Below are positions 1-8,750 of a stretch of 64,000 nt of DNA, piece by piece. The notes under the pieces are model-generated. The model worked only from the letters and a program-made list of their open reading frames with translations. It did no database searches and was not told the origin of the DNA. This DNA comes from Schmidtea polychroa (taxonomy: Eukaryota), in NCBI GenBank assembly GCA_044892525.1, contig CM097887.1:111268397-111332396 (forward strand), given 5' to 3'. Within the stretch, counting starts at the first letter, position 1; each line of letters opens with the position of its first letter. The position numbers and the translations under genes were made by a program.

Positions 1-2
1 CG

Positions 3-2732
3 GAAGCCTTCATAATCTTAATAGATCTATTATCATATGAGGATAATAGGGAGATAGGAAACATGTATGACGGGTTATTAACTGGAATCAAAGAGAAATT
101 AATAACAATTACTGGAATACTAATTGCATGGAGGAACCCGATCAAAAACGATTATATGGTAGATATAAACGAAACATTTACCAAAGGAGAAAATACCTTG
201 ATGAGGGAAGCGATGAGAGGACATCACCTATTCGAAATTCCAAATCAACTACTACAACGTGGCATAAAATTTTCAAATCACAAAGACGAACAACTAATCA
301 GAAAACGAATTACCAACTTCGAAAAAGCTATATCTCAATTTACCGATAAAGTACAAGTAAAATTTTGGGAAACCGTGAGTGTATTATATATGATGGAGAA
401 TATGAACAACATTCGAGAAAACTACCTAAGTATTATTCAAGTGCTTACGGCGGAAGAACGCATTAACAGTTCAAACAAGTAAAAGATAAAAATAAAGAAA
501 GTAAAAACAAGAGAGTCTGAGGAACAAGTCGATCAAATAATAACCGATATAGCAACAACAAGTAAACCAAAGATAATAAACTCAGACCAGGAGATAATAA
601 TACGCAAAGCCAAAGAGGTGTTCTTTGAAGAAATGCAAGATCTATCCGATGAAGCGATACTAGCAAAAATAACAAAAACAGTACACACCTACGCAAGAGA
701 CCAGACCACAAATCTAGACATAGAAAAAATAAAAACATTTATACCACTAGCATTCACCTTACCAACAAAAGACTCAAGAACACCATTACAACAAGCCATT
801 TTAGCAGCAAATGAAAACAGAGCAATAACCATCATAAGAATCCTTGGAGACTTCGGAGAAGAATCTAATGCAAAAAATGAACAAGGAGAAACAGCAATAA
901 TGTATGCAGCCATAACAAATATACACCCGAAAACATTACATATACTACATCGATCGGGATCAAGACTGGACGAAATATCAAACGAAGGAAATTCTACCAT
1001 GGATTGGGCAACCATACAACCAAACTTGGAAATGATTAGATTCATTTGTAAAAATGCTACAAGAACTGAGGTAGAAAATATCTGTAAAAACACGTCACAG
1101 TTCCAATGGAACACGATACGGATGAACTTAGAAGCCATGAAGTTATTGCTAACATGGAAAATACCGCAAAGCAATAAATATGCAATAAATATAAATGAGT
1201 TCTACGAAAACGGAGAAAATGCTATGGTTAAAAATACACTAACAAAAGGAGGAACTCCGAAAATCATAATGATCGTATTGAACAGAGAAGACCTCAAATT
1301 CACGCAAAATCTAAACGAACAAAAGCGGATTGGAAAACATCGCCGTATACAATTGAGAGAACTGGTAAAAGAATGGAATAGAAAGAGACATGTAGCAACA
1401 GGCAGAAAAGAGTTTGAATTCGAGGCAAAATTAGCAAGGAATAGAGTGTTAACGGCATATCGCAGATTATTGAACGACATAAATGTCGAGGACGACATTT
1501 CAAACGATAGCGGGGGAGATAAAGACGATAAAGACGACGATGATAATGAACAAGGTCGAAACGGGAATGGAGAGAAAGAGAAATCAGAGGAAAATAATCA
1601 AGGGAATAACGACTCAGGTATAAAAAAGGAGGAAAATAAACCGGGAAGCCGAACAAAGGAAGAGGAAAAGACGAATAATGGGAAACAGAGGGTATGCCCA
1701 CTTTTTACCAACAAGGAAATGGAAACAAATATGATGGTAATGATACTCATACTAACAATGATAGAAATGATAACAGCCCACGGTGGAATGAGAACGATAA
1801 AAGAAGCCAAGGAAACGGAAAACAAAGACAACAAGGAGAAGGAACTAAAGCAAGAAAAGAAGAAGCAAGTACGAGAGCAACAATGGGATTTAAAAGAAGA
1901 ATGGGATCTAAAAGAAAGATGCATACTAGGAAGATGTATGTCGAGAGCATATCGGAGACTAGTATTAATAAATGAAGATACAGAACCAATAACGGAAGTA
2001 AGAATACAAGAAGCATACCGGAATCGAGACGGGAAGAGAATAACTAAAGTCAAAGGGAAGGAGGTACACCTGAGAAAAGGAGGTGAGGTAGTGATAACGC
2101 AACTCCAGCCAAGAAAAGAACACAAAGTCTGCATTTCAAGATTAGGACCGGGTGAAGACTGTCTACAATATGTAACACAGCAACAACCTCCAAAAGAATA
2201 CACAGTATGCATCTGGAGAAACGATACAGCGAGAGAATGTCGACGATACCCTGGGAAAAGAGGGAGGAAAAGAAAAATCAATGACGAAAAAGATGAGCAA
2301 GGAAAACGCAAGAAAACCGATGAGAAATATCAAGACAATTATGTATCCGAGGAGGAGATGGAGAAAATACAAAGAATGGCAAAGGAAGGTATGAACGAGG
2401 AAATAGCAAGAATACGAGGAATGATAAAAGGAAATGGCAAAGACGGTAATCTAAAAAACACAGAAGCAATATCAACAATAACGAACAAGGAAAAAGCAGA
2501 AATTATAAGCATAAAACAGATGATGTGGATCAGCGGCATAATAATAACAGGGGCCTTTTTAATCATAACGGGGGAGACAATAAAAATAATCAAAGATAGG
2601 CGGCATCGCGGAGAACTAGAAATGGCCAGAATAAGAAATTTTCAACATCGTGTAAAACGACCAAGTAATATCAAGCAGGAACAGTGGGTGGAGGCCTGGA
2701 ATGCTCAGCGCCCTCCAAGCCCACGTATATAG
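3..2732 (+). CDS. Accessory ORF A (5'-partial): ankyrin repeats + acidic linker + internal signal/TM + FN3-like ectodomain + TM; one in-frame TAA at 480-482
   Basis: Frame 3 is open from base 3 to 2732 except for a single TAA, so ORFs 63-482 and 618-2732 are in the same frame. Ankyrin-like units: DINETFTKGENTLMREAMRGHHLFEIPNQLLQRG, RTPLQQAI, GETAIMYAA, GNSTMDWA. Hydrophobic segments: MMVMILILTMIEMITAHGG and MMWISGIIITGAFLIITG. FN3-like motif VVITQLQPRKEHKVCI and an NDT sequon. Confidence 0.7.
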
Positions 2733-2900
2733 AAAGGATTATGACTGTATATAGATTGTAAAAAGTAAGTAGATAATATTTATTTATATAACAGTATGAT
2801 ATATTTTTATATAACCGCGGTATCAATATTATATAACGATGGGGATAAATAATATAAAAATAAAATTGGATAAGGGTTGAAAAGTATATATAAATTAAGA

Positions 2901-3275
2901 ATGGAGCGAATAGGCGAGGAAGTAAATCACAGTACAACAACCGAGGAGATGTGGAAACAACAATGTGCAATGTTAACTCAAGTGATTTCGAACTTACAGG
3001 AACAAGGACTCGCTGTACAAAGAAGCTTAGTCGAAAGTTTAAATAAAGGCTTCAGTTATGTAAGAATAATCGAAGACCAACGAATAAAAATAGAACAAAT
3101 GCAGCGAGAGATAGACCGAATATCACGATACAGCCAGGTGCAAGAAGAGGAGTTATTAAGAATCGCGGAAGAGATGGAGCGAGAGGAGATAGAAGACTGG
3201 TCAGAATGGTTAACCAGCAGGGAAGAGGGCGGACAAGAGGCGACTCTTCCAGCCAATAAATATAACCTAAAATAG
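2901..3275 (+). CDS. Accessory ORF B, small coiled-coil protein (124 aa)
   Basis: ATG at 2901. E/Q/R-rich heptad-like sequence with the same codon bias as the flanking cassette ORFs. Confidence 0.6.
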   Translation: MERIGEEVNHSTTTEEMWKQQCAMLTQVISNLQEQGLAVQRSLVESLNKGFSYVRIIEDQRIKIEQMQREIDRISRYSQVQEEELLRIAEEMEREEIEDWSEWLTSREEGGQEATLPANKYNLK

Positions 3276-3348
3276 CAATGTAAATAACTGTAAATAAAAA
3301 TACGAAACTGTACCAGTAACGAATATATGTATATATATAATTATAGAA

Positions 3349-4736
3349 ATGGATAAGCGACAACGAGAAGAATTCAAAGAAATTGTTGAACAAGTCAGAA
3401 AGTCCACCACAATTCGAATACACAACCATGTAACGTGTGGGATATGCAAGAGCTTATTAAGAGAACCTCACCAAACCAGATGTGGATGCAGAATGTGCAG
3501 AGAATGTGTAGAGGAGATAATAAAGAAGGGACCACAATGGTGCCCAGTATGCAAAGAAACAATGATAACAAGTTTGGGAGATACAAACGAAGATAAAGCA
3601 GCTGTAAAAGATATGTTGAATGCAAACCTAGGATGTAAAAACACCCCATGTAATTGGCGAGGAGTGATATGGGAAGTGAGGCAACATATGGAGCAATGTG
3701 AATATAAAATCAGTCAATGCAAACGTTGCCAAGAAGAGATTAAAGTCAATGAAGAAGCAGAACATCAAAGTCGATGCGAAGGAAGACTGGAGAAATGTGA
3801 GTATTGCGGAGAAACCGACACCTGGAAAAAACTAATCAGTCAACATCACAACATACAAGAGGAGAAAGTGTGCACAGAATTCAGAGGAGAATGCCCCAAC
3901 AAATGCGATAAACCCGGAGTAATAAAACTCGCTCAACATCTAAAAGAATGTGAAAGAAAAAGATAACGTGTGTGCTAGGAAAATGGGGATGTCAGAAACA
4001 ATTACACCGAGGGGAATTACCCCAACATCTAGCAGAAAACGTATCAACACACGCGGAAATATGGTCAACGGCATTACAAGAAAACGAAAGGAAAACCGAA
4101 AACTTAGAAAGAGAAATAATCTCGCTAAAAGCGTTGGTAAAAGAACTATTAGAAGAAAAGGAAGCATTTGAAGAGGCAAGAACAAGTACAAAGATACAGA
4201 CAGATCTAGTAGAAACTAGCAACATTATGGTGAAAGAACTACATCAAAAAGTAAGCGAATTAAACCTCAACGAATTAATACCAACGGCTCCATACATATG
4301 GAAAATAACGGGAGTAAAAGAGAAGATGCAGAGAGCGAGAAATGGAAAGGATACAACATTACTAAGTCCAGCATTCTACTCATGGAAAAACGGGTATAAA
4401 ATGAAAATGAAAGCATACCCCAATGGGGATGGGAGTGCATACGGAACGCATTTCTCAGTATTCTTCTTGATGTGCAAAGGGCTATACGACGAGTTAATAG
4501 AATGGCCATTCAAAGCAAAAATAGACCTCGCAATGATGAACTATCAAAGTATACATGAACAGAGTTTCCATACAGCGGGAAACCTCGTATGTTACCAAAG
4601 GCCCTTGGAAGAAGAAGGACCAGCAACTGGAGCACCGAATTTCATCCTACAGCGGAAAGTAGAAGACATGACGAGAAACGACACTATATACATAAAAATA
4701 GCGGTGAGGCGAGACGGGAAGAGTAGGACTGAGTAG
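3349..4736 (+). pseudogene. TRAF: TNF receptor-associated factor (RING + TRAF zinc fingers + coiled coil + MATH), intronless, split by a 1-nt frameshift
   Basis: RING CGICKSLLREPHQTRCGCRMCREC...CPVC, TRAF zinc fingers (CKNTPCNWRG...HMEQC), and a MATH domain (YIWKITG...SPAFYS...GYKMKMKAYPNGDGSAYGTHFSVFF...EWPF). Adding one A to the A5 run at 3957-3961 fuses the two ORFs as ECERKKITCVLGKWGC. Confidence 0.92.
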
Positions 4737-4950
4737 AGAGACGAATAATTTTGTATATACTAATTGTAAATATCGGCGTATATATCCAGTAAAATATTAT
4801 ATAATAGTGTAGAAAACCCCAAATCTACTAAAGGTAAACTTAAGCGTAAAACTCCTAAAACAACTCCTATAACGAATTGTAACAATAAATAAATAATAAA
4901 ACAGATATAGACGTACAACGTTGAGTTAATGATATCGTTATTTAGACAAG

Positions 4951-5988
4951 ATGACTCAAGATCAAACGGAAGCCCCAAATAACGAAATAAACATCAGTAG
5001 AATACATAGAGAGAGATGGGCCAAAGTAATGATACAATTATCAAACCAAACACGAAATTACCTCGAAGAAGCGAGAGAATGGGAAAACCACCAATTCCAG
5101 TGGTTAGTACAGAATTTACGGGCGGAGGCCGAGGCCTGCAAAAGAGCCGCCAAATGGTCGGCATTAGAAAATACCAGGCAAGAGGCGCACGGGCATTACC
5201 TGAAGCAGCTGGTACAGGAGTCAAGAAAAAGACTAACGGATGAGAATAAGAAGCGGGAAGTAGAAAAACAAAAGGAGGAAAGAAAGACCCGCCAACTATT
5301 AGCAGAAGCTAGAAAGTGGAAAAAACAACATCGAGAAATCCAAAAAGAGATGAGAGAATTGCCGCAGAGATTGAAACACGAGAGTGATCAAGGAAAATGG
5401 GAAGAAAACCTGGATCAGAAAGAAGAGTTAAGAAGGCTCCGGAAAGTAGCAGCTAGAAGTCAAACCTGGCAGACCAAGGCCATGGAATTTGAAAGGCATC
5501 TGGCCATGAAACTGTCTATAAAGGAACAGGAAAATACCGCCATGGAAGAGATGATCCTGCAACAGTCAGGTAGAATCGTCGAACTCGTAAACAAGGTGGC
5601 AGATCTTGAAAGAGACAATAACGGCTATAAGGGGGCACTAGAACAAAGGAATATAGTGCTAGCCGGTAAGAATAAGAAATTGGAAAACGAGAGGAAGATG
5701 TATGACGAAAATATCAAGAACCTCGAAAAGGAGATCAAAAAATGGGAGAACGGCGAAAAAGCGGAGGAGTTAGAAAAACAGATAGAAGTAAGAGATGATG
5801 AAACCAGGTATCTGACATACCTGTTAGACGAGGAACTCAACGTGTCAAGAGCGCTAAGAGACGAAGTTCAGGAGCTTAGAGCACAGATTCCCCGGTACTA
5901 CATCCCATTTGATCCCATCGCAATCCAACTACAAACGTCAATAGACAGCGATGAAGGGTATGTAGGCCAGGAAGAAACCTTTGTATAA
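4951..5988 (+). CDS. Accessory ORF D, long coiled-coil protein (345 aa)
   Basis: Intact ORF, E/K/R/L-rich helical sequence with a short non-coiled C-terminal tail. No recognisable family. Confidence 0.7.
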   Translation: MTQDQTEAPNNEINISRIHRERWAKVMIQLSNQTRNYLEEAREWENHQFQWLVQNLRAEAEACKRAAKWSALENTRQEAHGHYLKQLVQESRKRLTDENKKREVEKQKEERKTRQLLAEARKWKKQHREIQKEMRELPQRLKHESDQGKWEENLDQKEELRRLRKVAARSQTWQTKAMEFERHLAMKLSIKEQENTAMEEMILQQSGRIVELVNKVADLERDNNGYKGALEQRNIVLAGKNKKLENERKMYDENIKNLEKEIKKWENGEKAEELEKQIEVRDDETRYLTYLLDEELNVSRALRDEVQELRAQIPRYYIPFDPIAIQLQTSIDSDEGYVGQEETFV

Positions 5989-6038
5989 AGATAAGGTGAA
6001 AAGATAAAAAATATAAAAAGCGGGACCTGTATCCCAAC

Positions 6039-6067
<29 letters not shown>
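6039..6067 (+). repeat. Poly(A)29 tract between ORF D and ORF E
   Basis: 29 consecutive A, flanked by imperfect direct repeats CGGGACCTGTATCCC (6021-6035) and CGGGACTGTAACCC (6093-6106). Confidence 0.9.
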
Positions 6068-6070
<3 letters not shown>

Positions 6071-6183
6071 ATTAGTACGATAAAAATATTTACGGGACTG
6101 TAACCCTGATTATATAAAATTACCTATAAATGTATAAGTATAAGCCGCACTGTAGCGCACTATTAATTGTAAATATTGTAGAA

Positions 6184-6894
6184 ATGAAAATAGAAGAAAT
6201 ATCCACCATGACCGAGCTAGAGGAGGGAGAAATTGAAATCGAGGAAGTGGAGAGGAAGAAAACTATCAAAGAAGAATTACAAGAAGAGAAACAAGAAAAC
6301 GAAAGATTAGTAGAAAGGTGGAGAGATAATCGAAAAATGATTAAAGTATTGAAAAGAGAATACACCTTGCTAGAAGAAGTAAAGAAAGAAGTAGAGGAAG
6401 AAAATGAATGGCTTCACGAGCAAGGAAAGCGAGGAAGAAATTGGGAGAAAATTGCGGAGGAATTATGGCAGGAAAGAGCCAGTCTCAAGGCTAATGAAGT
6501 GATTGAAGATTACTGGAAAACGGAAGCGAGGAAACGACAAGAAACTATCAGGGGTCTAGAAAACCAGCTGGGAGTAAAAGTGCAGGAAAGTGCAAAAATG
6601 GAGAAATGGATCAATAAATACCGAGAAATAGAAATAAAACGGCAGAAACAAAGCCCAAAGACGAACGACCCAGAAGAAAATGATTTCCTACAATTGGAGC
6701 TGGAACGGAACTTGGAGGAGAAAAAGAAGGAGATAAAAACCTTGAAAAGAGAGATAAAACACTTGGCGGACAAGGTCCAAGAGAAAGATAGGCAGCTCGA
6801 GATGTTGCCGGAACTCCGACATAGGGTCATTAAAGCAGAATCCAAATTAATGAGAATCCGAGAGAGAGACCCTAAAAAGAAACGACAAAATTAA
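6184..6894 (+). CDS. Accessory ORF E, coiled-coil protein (~236 aa; alternative start 6130)
   Basis: Intact E/K-rich heptad ORF. The ATG at 6184 follows a TAG acceptor-like site, and the charged composition begins there. Confidence 0.65.
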   Translation: MKIEEISTMTELEEGEIEIEEVERKKTIKEELQEEKQENERLVERWRDNRKMIKVLKREYTLLEEVKKEVEEENEWLHEQGKRGRNWEKIAEELWQERASLKANEVIEDYWKTEARKRQETIRGLENQLGVKVQESAKMEKWINKYREIEIKRQKQSPKTNDPEENDFLQLELERNLEEKKKEIKTLKREIKHLADKVQEKDRQLEMLPELRHRVIKAESKLMRIRERDPKKKRQN

Positions 6895-6953
6895 AACCAA
6901 CAAAAAGCGATGTATATAAATATGTATAAAATAACTAAATGTATATCAGTATC

Positions 6954-7613
6954 ATGAGAAGCCAACCGATCATTGTAACGCTGATGATGATGATAATTCT
7001 TGATCTAACCCGACGACAGCCAGTGAAACCCCAAATCGAACGGGTTCGAGACAACAGAAAACCCCATCAGAAAATCGAACCAACAACCCCATCGTGCACC
7101 TGCTCAAATGCCATAAGAACCAATCTTATCAATAACCTTCGAGCAACCCGAAACTACATCAACAACATCAGAATTATGTGTAATCACAACCCTATGTGTA
7201 AAATCATCGATAAAAGAATTCTGGACCAAATTCACCAAGTCGATCAATTAGAACAGCAGGTCCAACACCAAGAAACACAAAATCCACCCGATCAAGTAAA
7301 AAGCCCGAATGAAATAAACCACACCTATGAACTCCTCTATGTGGTAATCGCCGAGACCACCTTAATCTCAATAGTCACCCTGCTAAAAATCGGTAACCTC
7401 TGCAAAGTTTGGAAGAAAAGTCACCCCGTACCAGAAAGATCATCTCGAAGATCCCAAGAAGCTAACATGGCTGAAGTAATCCATGAAAACCTCCGTCAAC
7501 GAACCTCCATCGCAGAAACAGTCAGACCATCCGCAAGTCGCCGAATATACTACAACATCGAACCCCAACAACCAAATCCCCCATCATCAACGGCAACTGA
7601 ACACCAAACATGA
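6954..7613 (+). CDS. Accessory ORF F, small type I membrane protein in the env position
   Basis: N-terminal hydrophobic signal (IIVTLMMMIILDL), Cys-containing helical ectodomain (CTC; CNHNPMC), TM segment LLYVVIAETTLISIVTLLKI and a cytoplasmic tail. It is the last ORF before the PPT-like tract. Confidence 0.65.
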   Translation: MRSQPIIVTLMMMIILDLTRRQPVKPQIERVRDNRKPHQKIEPTTPSCTCSNAIRTNLINNLRATRNYINNIRIMCNHNPMCKIIDKRILDQIHQVDQLEQQVQHQETQNPPDQVKSPNEINHTYELLYVVIAETTLISIVTLLKIGNLCKVWKKSHPVPERSSRRSQEANMAEVIHENLRQRTSIAETVRPSASRRIYYNIEPQQPNPPSSTATEHQT

Positions 7614-7829
7614 CACTTCGAACTGTAACTATTGACAAAATTCTTGATGTTTTATTATATTATGATGAAACCGGTCACCTTAAGTGGCCACTGCTTGTCT
7701 ATAATTGTCATTTTCTCTGTTTAATTAAAATAATTTTTGTTAATTTAATTCTATGTGTGTGTGGATTTTGATTGTGAGATTAGTTGTTATACTGAAAGCA
7801 GGTACGATTCGAATGTACGATATTATGTG

Positions 7830-7867
7830 AATTGCGGGACGCAATTTTAACGGGCCCCGGAGTGATT
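7830..7867 (+). other. Gypsy-type 3' hairpin and degenerate polypurine-tract region
   Basis: Perfect 7-bp stem AATTGCG/CGCAATT with a GGA loop (GGGACG core), followed by TTTTAACGGGCCCCGGAGTGATT directly before TG at 7868. The tract is not purely purine. Confidence 0.55.
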
Positions 7868-8365
7868 TGTTGGGCCAAGCTCCGAAGGTGTTGGAAAAAC
7901 GAACCTAGGAAGGGATAGAGTAAAATAAAATAAAAACATATAAAAATACGAGAAACATAGGAGGAAACAAATTAAATATCCAGAAAGAAATTAGAATAAA
8001 ATTAGAATAACTAAATAAAATAACAAAACCCCTAAAGGAAAAATAAGACAAGAGGGAAGGCACCTAATAAACGACAGTAAAAGAAAAAAAAATAAAATAG
8101 CAGAAAATTTAAGAAAAATGAACAAAAGTAAAAGAAGAAAAACAAAATAAAAATAAAAAAATCATCCATAAGGCTAATTAAAACAAAAAAGGAAGTTACA
8201 ATAAAATAGCAACAAAACCACAAGAAAAACAGATAAAATAATAAAAAATAGGAAAATAAATAAAATAATAATAAAAATAGGAAAAAGTCATTAAAATATA
8301 CCTGATTACATTAAAAAACATAAAAATCATAATAAACAATAATATTACATGCAAGTCGCGTCCTG

Positions 8366-8389
8366 ATTGGACGAAAAGTAATATATAAA
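8366..8389 (+). promoter_or_regulatory. LTR Pol II promoter: inverted CCAAT box and TATA box
   Basis: ATTGG at 8366-8370 and TATATAAA at 8382-8389, followed by a hairpin-forming region (8403-8436). Confidence 0.6.
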
Positions 8390-8709
8390 GAGCGACAAAA
8401 ATCTGTAGAGTATCATTCTAACCCGAAACTCTACAGGTAAAATTTTATCCTTTATAATATCATTCTAACCCGAAACTCTACAGAAAAGCTAGGAACCACT
8501 CACAAGCACAGATTATTGAACCATATTCATTTATCGGATAACATATACATTGAACGGAGATCGAATTCAGCTCAGTCGAACGAGTCTATCTAAAGAAAAC
8601 TTATATTACTTTGATCTAACACCTTCGGAGATTTTTGGTAAATTATGTTTTAGATTTTAGTATGATGATCTAAATATTTATTATGAATTTAACAAGTCGT
8701 TTATAATCC

Positions 8710-8750
8710 AATAAATTTCATATTTTAAACGAAGGTGTTGCTTTCTCTCT
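8710..8750 (+). terminator. Putative LTR polyadenylation signal with GU/U-rich downstream element
   Basis: AATAAA at 8710-8715 followed about 20 nt later by GGTGTTGCTTTCTCTCT. Confidence 0.4.

Noticed and set aside
3950-3975. Programmed -1 ribosomal frameshift in TRAF
   Set aside because: No canonical X XXY YYZ heptamer in the correct phase. A one-base loss in an A5 run is the simpler explanation.
5950-5975. DSDEGY in ORF D as a beta-TrCP degron mimic
   Set aside because: It does not match DSGxxS and there is no second copy to test conservation.
463-6845. Many minus-strand and alternate-frame ORFs overlapping the cassette (e.g. 689-1174, 1598-2311, 3052-3429, 6510-6845)
   Set aside because: Shadow frames produced by the extreme A/G bias of the sense ORFs (F/L/S-rich translations, no motifs).
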